Translations under genes and position numbers: made by a program
Shown here: positions 10,772-23,196 of the stretch, one piece after another
Numbering within the stretch: the first letter of the stretch is position 1
Layout of the letters: each line of letters begins with the position of its first letter
DNA from: Phoronis australis
Taxonomy: Eukaryota; Animalia; Phoronida
Length of the DNA: 64,000 nucleotides
Reading direction: 5' to 3'
Assembly: GCA_002633005.1 (NCBI GenBank)
Contig: NMRA01000243.1
Span: 326,280 to 390,279, forward strand
Notes under the pieces: model-generated
Databases searched by the model: none
The model's input: the letters and a program-made list of their open reading frames with translations, nothing else
What the model was told of the DNA's origin: nothing

Positions 10772-13700
10772 CTACAACCAGTACACCCATAACTGTTAAA
10801 ACCCAAGACATGACACGCCACTATGCTGTTAAGTTAAAAAGCTAGCTAACAAAATAGCTGGTTTGGCAAAGTATATACCTGAACAGCTTCCAAAAGCAAG
10901 TTATAATTAAACCAAACCACCAAAACTACCTCATACAGTCTCCAGGCAACAAGAAATCCCTCAACAAAAGCCGCTCGTGTAAGTCTCACTGATTTTATAA
11001 ACTTTGCATAGAGTTGCTAAAACAGCTGTTTAAGGTGGATGAGGATCACTGATCGTTACAGTGCAGGGTTTGGTTTAGTAATCTGCAGGTCACCAATGCG
11101 ACCTCAGATTGTGTTAAGCGACCTGAAAAAATTTCAAGTTGCCAAGCAGACATCCGAGCACGTGCTCAAAATACTAGAGGACGAACGTAATTGGTGAGGA
11201 GTCAGAATTGTTCGGCAAAAATTGGAAGTGCCCATTCATAACTCATGCACAATTTGGCCGTCTGCATTCCGTTAGGTAGAATTGGCCAAATGCATGAGAC
11301 ACACACTTGCCATGTACTGGAATTCCGTATGAAGTCATCCTGACGTCACAGGACAGGGAAGTATTCCCCTCAAAAACATGGCTGCCAACATTTGCCGATC
11401 ACCAGTGCGACATTCACGGTAAAAACAGACAATGATAATTTGTGATCTCAATTTATGTCTGAATATTCGACGAAATAAAACAACAAATTGTAGGTTTATA
11501 TGAAACTTATTAACCGGGAATGTTACAATTTTTCATTTAGCTGTTAATTGTTCGCACCCACATACGGAGTTTCCCCGTTTTGGTGACCTGGAAATTTTCC
11601 TAGGTCGCATTTGGTGACTTGACAAGCATAGGTAAGTTAGAAGTGACAAAGCCAAATTTTGAGAGAGTTCCACGATTATACATCACGTTGTTGTAGTCCC
11701 TACAATCTGACATTTCAACAAGTTGGATTTCGCTTCAAGGGTAAAATCGCTGGGTCCAGTTTCATTAAACTTATACGAGATTCCCATACGAGTTATGTGA
11801 TTTTGCGCCTACTATTATGTATTAGCAGGAATGCCTTCCTGTTATTAGGTTTTGAATCTGGCTTAAACGGTTCAGCCCTTAATTTTACAATAATATTGAA
11901 TATTATTGTAATAACATTGACAGCTGGAATATTCACTAATTCCAACAGCATGCCCCATAGGTGATAAGAAGAGGTCAACAAAAGGAGTCAATAGTTAATA
12001 CTTGCGGGGGCAAAAATCCATAATTAATATTCAGCGACTTGCCAATGGCACTGTGCAGGAAAGTAAACGCATTCAGAAACACATGGTTCCATACTAGTCT
12101 CCTGTTCATTAGCATTTGTCAAAAACCTCAACATGATCATCACAGAGAAATACGACAGTAACCTCCAAGCCTGAATACAGGGCTACGGTCAACAATGAAT
12201 GTGAAAGTTGATATCATAGCCACCTAGACAAAACATTGCTTTGTTTAGAAACAAAATACAATTAGTGTTTAGGATGACATCGACACAGATAATTTTATAT
12301 TTCCGAGGCATATTTCCTCATAGTTTGGACAAGATATAGACGCGCAGTAGGCTTTAAATTGAACCGAGGCCTACAATTTTCAGTACATAACACTACACAA
12401 ACAACAGGCTACCCGAACAACACAGCTGCCACACTCTTCAACACAGATTTTGCTATTTTGTCTAGGTCCTGGACACATGTTGCGAAGTGTCAAAATCCGT
12501 CAGGATAGTAGAGTATAGCCACCAAACTTGGGCACAAATTGATCGGCGATAGAGAAAACAACTGCTGAACAGAGTGGTTCATTGCCTTGAATCGTCAAGT
12601 TCGCATCAAACACGATGGGCAAAGGGAGCGAATTCTGTCTTCCAGAAATGAATCGGGCAAATGTCTGCGGACTAAAGTAAAATCAACTGGACATTCTGAA
12701 ACAAATCAGACTCAGTCCAATGGACAACACTTAACAGAATCTCTGCAAACACAGTTCCTCAATTACAAATATCTCTCCCAAATTCGATAGACTCAATTCA
12801 CCGACTCACAAGCACGGCTCACCAACTGCCAAATATGCCGCTGGACTCACAAAACACATCTTACACACCCCAATAACATGCCTTACACACCTAAAAACCG
12901 CACGGAGAGCACGCAACCTGTTTGTGACTCCAGGCAGATATTAAAGAAAGAGTAACCTGTGTTTGTGAATACAGCACTGAATTTTGTAGTTGGCGATCTG
13001 TGTTCGCGAGCATGAGCTGGAATTTGTGAACTGCTGAGCTGAGTATCAGGTCTATGAGCTGTGTGTTTATAAATGAGGCACTGTGTTTATAAGTGCAAAA
13101 ACTGAGTTGTTCCGATATCTCTAACAGATGATAAAAATCAATAATATACAAATAGTAACCTTGATCTATGAATTGCAGGCAAATATCCATTTAACAGCTG
13201 CTAAAGTGCAGCTGTATAAAAGCCCATGCATATGTATTCAAAATCATTCTTAAGTTAGTAAATTTGTGGCACCATTTCAATGGTAAGGACACATAGTTAC
13301 TTACTATTGCGGGTTATCATTGATTTTTGTAGTGTTAAGCCTGGGGTAACACATTCACCGATATTACAACTTACCGTAATCGTTCGGGTTAACGCCCTGG
13401 GCGGTTAAATTGGCGAATCCAAAAAATCGGGGGAGGGCGGTTAACCGAGCAGTGGGCGGTTAAATCGAAAATCCACTTAAAGTCGGGGATGGGCGGTTAA
13501 CTGAGCATGGGCGTTAACCCGAACGATTACGGTAACTGAACTGGAATAACTATCATTCACACTATAAGAACTGTTACAGCCCTAGTGAGTGATTTAGTTG
13601 CTAGTCGCCAGCACCATTGAATTTGGTCCCTGTTTTAACCATTACTGCAGCGGTGTTTATTCTCAGAGGGTGGTGACTGTGCAACTGCTTGGCAAACCAC

Positions 13701-16700
13701 CTTCACAGAGTACTACATACGCGCACCGAGCCTAAAAATTGGGGGCTCAAATTTTTGGGAAATGTGGACCTTTTACTAAAAATAAAAAANAAAGAGCAGC
13801 CTGTGTTTGTGAATACAGCACTGAATTTTGTAGTTGGCCATCTGTGTTCGCCAGCATGAGCTGGAATTTGTGAACTGCTGAGCTGAGTATCAGGTCTATG
13901 AGCTGTGTGTTTATAAATGAGCCACTGTGTTTATAAGTGCAAAAACTGAGTTGTTCCGATATCTCTAACAGATGATAAAAATCAATAATATACAAATAGT
14001 AACCTTGATCTATGAGTTGCAGGCAAATATCCATTTAACAGCTGCAAAAGTGCAGCTGTATAAAAGCCCATGCATATGTATTCAAAATCATTCTTAAGTT
14101 AGTAAATTTGTGGCACCATTTCAATGGTAAGGACACACAGTTACTTACTATTGCGGGTTATCATTGATTTTTGTAGTGTTAAGCCTGGGATAAAACATTC
14201 ACCGATATTACAACTGCAATGGAATAGCTATCATGCACACTATAAGAACTGTTACAGCCCTAGTGAGTGGTTTAGTTGCTAGTCGCCAGCACCATTGAAT
14301 TTGGTCCCTGTTTTAACCATTACTGCAGCGGTGTTTATTCTCAGAGGGTGGTGACTGTGCAACTGCTTGGCAAACCACCTTCACAGAGTACTACATACGT
14401 GCACCGAGCCTAAAAATTGGGGGCTCAAATTTTTGGGAAATGTGGACCTTTTACTAAAATTAAAAAACGAGGTACGTTCACAGCTGTGAATTGTGAATTT
14501 GCCGAATTTAGATAGTTCCAGCCTTTTCAGTGGACTTTTGTTTCGTTTTCTACTTTTTTCAGAGTTTTTGTTTCTTTTAGGCGGACCTGTTTGCCTATTT
14601 CGTTAGAGCCTCCTGACACCCCCTGGGTGTGCGCATGTACTAACCATGCTACAGTACAGTTTTTTCACAACAAGATTTATACAACTACTTGCTGATAAAG
14701 GTGCTCCAATTCTGAGTCTTAATATAACATTTGCGTGGTACAAGCCACGGTAGTAACAGACTAAAATTTTCTTAGCCTTCACTTCAGGAGAAATTTGACA
14801 AAATAGACTTTCACTTGTCAGCCATATTGTGACCTAAATAACTGGAAGAATTACCGTATAGTCTTTAAACCCATTTTAAACGTTATTACGACAAACACGC
14901 GTTATGTCAATGATAGTGAATTTCTCATTTAGACCATTTACCAATATAGAATTCCTCTTGACATTTTTTTCTTCACTCATTTACTGAGCGTCACAGTATG
15001 ACACAAATACAATTATCTAAAAAATGGTCTAAAAAGTTGCTTTAATTAATGGTGGAAAGCAGATTTACATATGCTGGAATAGGCTGTATTCAATATACCT
15101 AAGACATTAACCATGTACATACGGTAAGAAATCTTCACTAAAGGAGTGGAAAAAATGAATTCTATCCCACAATTCATGAATTTTATCCCATAATGCATCA
15201 TTCCAAAATCACCGACCAATCATCTCAATGAGTGCCATGTTGCTAGGTTATGCTAGCATACATGCAAAACACTCTCCCTTCACTCGTGAAATTTTGTCTG
15301 GTTTTGCCTGCTCTTGGTTTCACGTTTAAGTCTAATGTATACTTACTTTTCCTGATCCTCGTTATTTGCCTCCTCTTCATTATTAGCCTCCTTTTGAACC
15401 AGTGCTTTCACGCTGTCAGCACCAAGCTTGTCACGAACTTTCTTCAGCAGGTCCAACTTTGCCTTGTCTACACTGGTCTGTAGCTTTGTATTGCACTCCT
15501 CACTGAAACAAAATAGTTCACAAAGCATCAACAGCGCGTTTTAACCAAAGTCGCAATGTCCCTTCACAGCCATGAGAGTGATCGTAGGCAAGACATTGCA
15601 AACGAGGTGCAAAATTGAGCTGACACACTTGTTTTCCATGGTAATTTATTCATTGATTGACTAATCTAACATCGACTGACCATAAAAAACACAATATTGT
15701 ACTACACGGCACAAAAACTAATAAACGATAGGTTATAAGCTAAAATAATTATAGATGGCAAATAAGACCATAAACATACAGTGAAGTTAAACAAAAAAGG
15801 ACAATCAATGTAAGTTTGACTCGAAAAACTGGATACTAATTTCCATCATAATCCACCTACATGGCGTCATTCAAAAATTAATGTATATTGCCCACAGACA
15901 TGAACAGCAGGCTATGATAGGCCATAGTCCATTCGACTCTAGGAAGCCTAGAAAATCACTTCTGTGGCTGAGCCCAACTTTAAAGAAAAAGTTTAAAAAA
16001 TAATTCTGCAAGCCTGCACCCTACCCGGAATCAAAAATTTTTGTCAACCTGAATACCGTTGCATCTAAACACTTCAGCCTTGTTACAGTAATCCTTTTTA
16101 CTGAAACAGATAACCAAAATGCTCTTTACTTTAGCACACAGTATGGCCAACAAGTGATCTTGTCAATGTGCTCAGCAAAAGTGAGCATTAAGAGAAATGA
16201 GCAAGTTTATTCTTGGAAACTTTTTTGAAATTGACTTTTGAACATCTGCAGATGGGTTTAATGCAAAGTTCCCGTTGCCACCCAAAAGTGGCCACGGAGG
16301 TGAAAGCTAGGGGAGCTGGGACTATGGCTTATGACGAGCAATCACTGGGGCCAACATTGATGGGAGAGATTTATTTGTTGTGAAAGGGGAGACACACAGA
16401 CATGAACAACTGTGCAGAATTCAGTAACCCAAGGACCTTCACTAGAACCTCACTAAAATCTATCCAAAATCGCGTGTTTTCATTTAAAATACACAGCAAT
16501 ATCTCACATTATCTTTCTTTTTAGCGACGTCCTAGCGTTACCAAACTCTACACAGGATATACAAGCAATCAACTGTGCTGTGTGAGATTTATTTCTTGTG
16601 AAAGGGAGACATACAGACAATCATGAACAGCAGACTATACGAGCCATCAGGCCAACTGTGCTTGGGAGGTTTATTTCTTGTGAAAGGGGAGAAAAAGACA

Positions 16701-19700
16701 CATACAGCAGGCACAAGCAGTCAGACCAACAGCGCTGTGTGAGATTTATTTCTTGTGAATGCGGAGACACTCAGACATGAACAGCAGACTATATGAGAAT
16801 CAAGCCGTGTGTGCTTTGTGAGGTTTGTTTTTTTGTGACAGGAGAGACACACATGAATGGCAGGCTATACAAGCAGTCAGGCCAACAGCGCTGTGTGAGA
16901 TTTATTTCTTGTGATAGGGGAGACAACTATAAATGACCTCCAAGTGTACTTACAGGGCCTTCTTGCTTGATTCCACTTGTTGCTTATTCACCTCCGCCAG
17001 CTGGTTAACGGACTCCAGCTCTTTCCTGGTACTTTCTAAATCTTCCTGGCATTTACTGTTCGACTCTGAATGTGACAAAGGAACAACCAATGACAAGCAC
17101 AGAACAAATTAAACATTAATTGACGAACATTTCTTCTATTCACAAGGCATATTTTCCCTAGAAACGAGGCAAACAATCTAAGTAACTGAAACACGGGGGA
17201 ATTTTTTACCATCCATACTCTCTAAGCCAGTGCTTTGTGTTAATACATGAATTAGGTAATTAATGCCATAAAGTTTCACGTTCGTTGTGAAGGGTAATAA
17301 TTCATTTATGTAACTACCGCCACGACTTGTCCTATAGTGCACACTCACACACTGGCGTAGTCAAAGGGGGGGTTTGCACAATGGGGCCACAGTCACCAAT
17401 TCATTGTAATAAGTAATTCCCCAGTTCAGTTGACAATGGCAATTCAATTTTGTGTTTTGCCAACTGTGGTCATTGCAAAGTCCTCCCATTATCGCTCATT
17501 ACAGCCCACACCACCAGTCGCTATCAATTTCAAGTTTGCTCCAGCGAGTGTAAAATTATCATTCTGGGTTCACCATTTGTGTCTCAATGTCACGGTCCAC
17601 GTACTGACACTGTTGTCCATTTTATTTCACATTGCCTTGCTGCGGCAAGTCACAAGGTTCTTCAGCCTGAGGCTGCTTGTCTGGATCATTTGACAGAATG
17701 AAACAAAACAAGATTCATGCTAACTTGCTAACTGATGGATGCCTCCCCTTCGACTGGTTGCAAGACATTTATTTACGTACACAGTTAACACCAGACTACA
17801 TTATCCTTGTTGCTGTGAGGTGCAGAACCTGAGCATTAAGTTGTTCTCTTCCATCAGTTTGGTCCCTAGAGGGCGCCATGAATGACCTGTTGCATGAGCG
17901 CAGTATGCGCGACGTGGTCGTGCTGATTGTTTGATTGGCAAGAGAAAGATCTCTCGCCAGAACAGGGATGTGGAACAGAGACGCAAGGCACATGCAACTG
18001 TGACCAAGTGCTTCGCTTGTAATGCACACACGCATAATCTCGGTTTTCTAGCAAGAGACTTATTCTACCAGTTCATATGTTCTGACATGTTCTAGTTTGT
18101 TCACAAAATTTAGATTATCACTATACAACTGTATATTGAATTTTTAGCTACCGAACCGATTGGTACAAAGGTAGCCAGCTACGTTATTACGGTACTCACT
18201 GCTTGTACACGTGAGAGTCCTCTTATAGAGAGCAGTGTTTTAGTTACATGAAAATATAAATTACCGGTTAATTGTTATGTACGGTTCAAACTCGTACACA
18301 TGCAGTTCAGAATCAAAAAAGCCACGACTTTCCTCCATTTTTATTGTAATTGTGTCCCGCAACGCACGTTATCTAACAAATCTAATTCCCATTCTTACCT
18401 TCATTCTCTTTAAGTTTTTGCTGTGCCAGCAACTGCAAAACAGAATATTAAAGGCTTGGTGCTATATAATTCTGACCATACTAAAGGAACGGTAGTACTG
18501 ACTACATGGTCCTAAAATAAAATTTTCATCAAACATGTACCAATACATAAATTAGCTTATTCCACTGCAATGTTTTTGTGCCGCAAACATGAAGACTTTT
18601 CTGCAGTCAATACTAATATGGTGGACATGTGTTCAGCACCACCTACAAACCCCATAAAATACGGATGGGAGATTTAAACCTACTGTTATAAACAGTGTTT
18701 TAACACATTTCCTGCTATTGTAATGGCGACAAATTTCAGCTGTTGTACGGTTTGATCTTCCAACACCTTACAAAAAAGGCAAACCCTTTGAAATATCAAT
18801 TGATGGGCAAGGGCATCCTATTCCATGCATTTCACACTGCGAAGAAGTGACAAAGCCATTGGTGCGGCTTATAAAACAGGAGAATTTCAATCCCAGCCGG
18901 TGTCAAAATGCTAAATTAAATTAGTGAACTTTAACTAATCAAACAATTGGGAGGATTGACAGTCGGATATAAGCCTCTGCTTTTATATTCATGAACCACT
19001 ATGCAATAATTGAAGACGTTCTGTCCACCAAATCTGAGTCGCGATCAATTGAAAGTCACTCTAGTTCCCACGTTACTCTAGAGAGCGCTAATATAAAAAG
19101 TCCCTATTTTGAGTTCGGAGATTAGACCATGGGACCATCTTTAAGAATATTAACCCACATGAGAAATAAAATTATTAGATCATACCACTGTAAACAAATT
19201 TTAACAACTTTTGGTGAATCCTTGATAATGTATATTTCAATTGAGCTGATTTTGAGAACAAGGCAATCACTGAGATAACTGAGACCCATTCACTCAGGGC
19301 CCTCGATGCCTCGACTTCGAGGCCAAATATCCGCTCTCAAAATAATTCAAAATGAAGTGGAATATCCCTCAACATGCCCAAAATTCCCTTCCTCCAGGTT
19401 AAAATCACTTTTTATGTGGAACCGGTGACCAAAAATATTCCTTCTCTAGGCTCGTGTTAGCCGCTCGCCAGCTCGCTGTTGGAAAATTCCGAGCGGCACT
19501 GGCAACTGTAGAGCATCAGCTAAGTCCATTTGCCAACTTCGCGAATGCTTTTGCAACTGACTTGACAATAAAAATTAATTTCGGAAAATCTACTCGTGTG
19601 TAGACTCAGTCAGAGTTGTGCCACAAACGTCATTCTTTCTTAGATTCCGAGTTCTAAATATATAGCAAGCAAATGTTCCATTTCGTGTCAGTCACTCCCC

Positions 19701-21239
19701 CTGAAAACACTCTTTTACCGCAATGAAATGTTCAACAGTGTCGTAAAGGGTAATTGCGATTTCTCGCTATGATATCGTGTAGGTGATGTCACTTGTCGTC
19801 TGCAAGTGACAATCTCAAGACTATTTCGGTGGCGGACAATAAAAAGCAAGGTAAGGTAAATGTCAGTTTGTTACTTAATGAGTTCTATAGGATTCAGCTT
19901 TATTTTACAAGTCACAAGAAATGTTATAATGCTTTTGGACCTATAAATGTCTTGCTCGACAAAATGCCCATGTGACCGGCGTACTCCTGCCGTAACCCAG
20001 GGAAAGGCGGAATCCCTGCCCAATTTTTTTTAAGGTCAACATCATTTAAATGCCCATGTGGCTGGCGTACCCTTGCCGTCAACCAGGGATAGGGGGAACC
20101 CCTGCCCACATTTTAGTTCAACATCAATTAAATGCCCATGTGGCCGGTGTACCCCCGCCGTAACCTGGGGATGGGGAACCTGTCCAATTTTTTTAGATTA
20201 ACATCAATGAAATTCCCATTTGGCTGGCATACCCTACTGACGTAGCTTGCCGTATTCTGGGATCATGATAATGGGGGAACCCCGGCCGATTTTTTTTAGG
20301 TCAGCATCATGTCCATCTGGCTGTAGTACTCCTGCCTTAACCTTGGGGATAAGGAGAAAATCTTTGGCTGATAATTTTTGAAAATGGCAAAAAGTTTTCA
20401 GAGGCTTTAGCCAATTTGGCTAATGCCTTTAAAAGTCGAGCGTGAGCCTATAGCTTCCCACAAATAATATAAGACCCAAGCGCTGTTCCCTGCCTCACTC
20501 AGGTGACCGTGAGCTCACCAGAAGCAACTGGTATACAGAATTTCAAGCTGTTACATCCCATATACCAAGCGCTTGAGCAAAAATTTGGGTAGAAAACTTG
20601 CCTGGGCCACACCCCTCGCAAGGCTCCACCCAATAAGTGAGACTTCCCGCCCCGCCCCCTAGGCGAGTCGTTTCAGGTACCCCCCCAGATCGTTTTAAGT
20701 AAAACCCACAGAATAGGATTTCCCAGCGCCGACACAATGACAGCAATAAAAAATCGTGAAACACACACTGGTTCACAACAAAAAATTGCATGCTAGCCTT
20801 CAGGTTACGTTACAACCCACCTGACAAGTCTTGACGACTGACTCATCAAGAATTGCACGTCTCCGGAATCTCAAGAATTTTAAGTGAATTAACTTACAGC
20901 AGCGTTTTCTTTTTCCTTTTGAAGAGACTTTCCTTGCTCAACGGACTCCTTCAGTTGTTTTACTTCTTCTTGAAGACTCGTAGCCTTGCCCTCACTTTCC
21001 TTCAATTTCCTCTCGGTCTCGGTGAGTTTACTGACGAGGTCGTCTTTACTTTTTTCGACAGTTAACAACTTCATATTGGACTGAACAACATTTTGTTTAA
21101 CTGCTTTTAGTTCAACATTCAATTGGTTATTTGTTCTAGATGATGTCCAATACTGAAAACCGAGGATAAAAAGAACAACACACAAACCCACAGCAATATA
21201 ATTTGGTGTGTTACGAGAAGACGGCCTCATGTCGGCCAT
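10099..21239 (-). CDS. type II Golgi membrane coiled-coil protein, GOLM1/GOLM2(CASC4)-like, about 440 aa, 5 exons
   Basis: Exons 21239-20898, 18432-18399, 17065-16954, 15502-15347, then ~10771 (or 10792)-10099, all phase-compatible with GT-AG. Short basic N-tail, one TM helix (YIAVGLCVVLFILGFQYW), long coiled coil, then a Q-rich and acidic C-terminus. Family assigned from architecture and the N-terminal TM motif only. Confidence 0.75.
11086..11621. mobile_element. degenerate MITE with inverted subterminal repeats
   Basis: caggtcaccaatgcgacct ... aggtcgcatttggtgacttg form an inverted pair; no TSD identified. Confidence 0.5.
12947..14467. repeat. near-identical tandem duplication (12947-13789 / 13791-14467) joined by a single N; probable uncollapsed haplotypes
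   Basis: Copies differ by scattered SNPs and a 166-bp indel, and the junction is exactly the N at 13790. Confidence 0.9.
13372..13534. mobile_element. 163-bp TACCG...CGGTA MITE, present in only one duplicate copy
   Basis: Perfect ~26-bp TIRs taccgtaatcgttcgggttaacgccc / gggcgttaacccgaacgattacggta; internal gggcggttaa repeats; absent at the homologous site ~14213. Confidence 0.92.
14394..14637. mobile_element. hAT-like MITE with 5-bp TSD (tacta)
   Basis: Termini catacgtgcacc...ggtgtgcgcatg flanked by tacta; homologous to 9381-9619; a truncated allelic copy starts at 13716. Confidence 0.8.
15347..15502 (-). CDS. GOLM-like exon 4
   Basis: tttcag|T GAG GAG...GAA AA|gtaagt; EECNTKLQTSVDKAKLDLLKKVRDKLG... 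Confidence 0.85.
16360..16925. repeat. degenerate ~80-bp tandem repeat
   Basis: Recurring gagatttatttcttgtgaa(a)gggagac...cagcag(a/g)ctatac units. Confidence 0.8.
16954..17065 (-). CDS. GOLM-like exon 3
   Basis: attcag|AG TCG AAC...GCC CT|gtaagt; SNSKCQEDLESTRKELESVNQLAEVNKQQVESSKKA. Confidence 0.85.
18399..18432 (-). CDS. GOLM-like exon 2 (34 nt)
   Basis: ttttgcag|TTG CTG GCA CAG CAA AAA CTT AAA GAG AAT GAA G|gtaaga; bridges phase 0 to phase 1. Confidence 0.75.
19447..20450. mobile_element. old ~1-kb non-autonomous element with internal ~85-bp tandem array
   Basis: Termini taggctcgtgtt...agcgtgagccta; internal aaatgcccatgtggc...ccgtaacc.ggg units at ~19960-20350; no clear TSD. Confidence 0.5.
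20898..21239 (-). CDS. GOLM-like exon 1 (ATG, TM, coiled coil)
   Basis: MADMRPSSRNTPNYIAVGLCVVLFILGFQYWTSSR...KENAA|gtaagt. Confidence 0.9.
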
Positions 21240-21399
21240 GACGGAGATCCACGTTAACATTGGTTAACGACGGAAGAGGTCGCTCTTTCAATCTCGACTG
21301 TTGATGACAGTTCAGTGTAACAGGTGCTCCGAATATACAAAAGAACTCCAGTTCGATTACATCCCAGTGCCACCATAGACTACGGTCTATAATCTGTGG

Positions 21400-21720
21400 C
21401 CACCGTCTGCGCTGGCAGGGCGCAATTATGTTGAAGACGCATATAGTTGATGCGGGTGATAAATAAATTCAAACAATCAAAAACCATCTGTATTATTGGG
21501 TTCTGACACGATTTCTCGTAATTTTCTGTGGCGGGGGGAGGTGAACACTGAAGGCCGGCCATGCTCCCCACCCCCTAATTTTCCCAGATACCCGGCATTT
21601 GGGAGTTCGGAGTTCGGGGTGCGAATTGCTGAGTAGCATATGCGCGCACCCGGCAGGGGCTTCGGGGTGCGCATGCAACGGCAATAGGCCTATGCCAGTT
21701 GAACAAGCGGCCGTTTACCG
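21400..21720 (-). promoter_or_regulatory. GC/CpG-enriched putative promoter of the GOLM-like gene
   Basis: Locally GC/CpG-rich sequence 150-480 bp upstream of the ATG; NRF1-like tgcgcatgca at ~21668-21677. Confidence 0.4.
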
Positions 21721-23131
21721 TTTTTTTTTGTAAACCCAAAGATTCGAGATCCCTGCATCCCTACATTTTAGACTGGGCGCCCGCATGTGGCGAAATTCTT
21801 GTTATTTCTGTGCCCTGCCCCCCATAACTCAAAATCCTAGATCCGCCCCTGTCTGCAGATTTGTCTCATTCATATATTTACGCGTCTTTCTTCAGTACTT
21901 TTTGTTTTCGCGGAATGGACCCCAAGACTTAGAAATGGACCCCTCGGCGGAAAATCTGGGAAGGTGTGCATACAGTGGGCCCACTCAGAGTCAAGTGAAG
22001 GAAGACAACGAGCAACTTAGTTGAATCAAGAGGTGGGTTCACAGGCGACAGAGTACCCAATGGTGAGATCCCCTTGTGGCACCGCGCCTGAAATCACTGT
22101 TGCCGCCGTGGCGGCCACGGCGTCCCTGACTATATATAAGGATTCATTTCTTTTCGTTTCTTTTCCGTGCCCACGCGTAATTTTCAATATTAATGCCTTG
22201 CTTTTACGTTTAACTATCATAATGCATAAAAATATCTGTGTAAACCGTGACTGAGAATCGTTACTTTTTCCTACGTATAGGGCTCATGCGCCTATATCCG
22301 AAATATTGCGTTTATTCAAAGGTAAATTTTTACTCAGATGTTTCGTACTATAGGCGCATGTGCCTAACTACTGTTTCGCTTATCTGGCTCAGGCCGGTGT
22401 GTGTCCTTTGTCTGACAGATTCTTACCTTACCTAAGCACACTCTAGTCACTGTCTGTCTTTGATGCAAAACATTTGTAATACTCACTAAGTGTTTGGACA
22501 CCTTTGAAGTTTTATGACTTGCGCACGAGTAGTATGAAACAGCTTGTGAGAACAGCTAACAGTCCTGACCCGCCCTTTTCCAGTCCTTGGCGTAACACGT
22601 TCGCTTTTTAATGTCTTTTTGAATGTTGTATTTCCTATTACGTACAAAAATGGACTAATTGGCTAGGGAATGACTGTGTAAATTGTGGTCTACCTGTACA
22701 AAATAATTAAAAGCAAAACGAAACAAAAGCATTCTACTATAGAGACCGTTCACAATGGTCCGTCAGTGAGCGCCGACGAAGGCTTGGTCCTTATGCTTTT
22801 TGTATGTAGTCGGGAATGTTGACAGAACTTAAAGCGGCTAAAACCGGATTCATCGAAAAAAACGACATTTTTATTTAGACCAGGTTTACCTTTGTGAAAT
22901 TGATTCCAAACTGTTCCCGATTTAGTGAAATTGGAGGTGCTAGATTTCTATACTTGGAGAACGAAAGAAATGACCGTTCGTTGTTGCTTGAGACCACGAA
23001 TATGCTTCATCATCTTGAAAAGTGACTGAGATTCGTGAGAGTGAAATTTTGTCTTACGCTCTCACGTCACAATAATTTCGTAATAAAGGTTTAGTCAAGT
23101 AATTGTGAGTGCGTAACACTAGGTACAGAAG

Positions 23132-23196
23132 TAATGTAGAGAAATTATCTCAGTGTAACTGAAATAATGTAGAGAAATTATCTCAGTGTAACTGAA
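23132..23196. repeat. 33-bp tandem duplication
   Basis: taatgtagagaaattatctcagtgtaactgaaa x2. Confidence 0.9.

Noticed and set aside
10063-10845. Plus-strand Leu-rich and Ser/Pro-rich ORFs
   Set aside because: Antisense shadows of the Q-rich/acidic GOLM-like exon
11793-11981. Possible extra GOLM-like exon (AEPFKPDSKPNN...)
   Set aside because: Poor acceptor and an in-frame stop before any good donor
12891-14034. Two near-identical 95-99 aa ORFs suggesting a duplicated gene
   Set aside because: Intronic sequence duplicated by a probable haplotype assembly artefact; no recognisable protein or splice pattern
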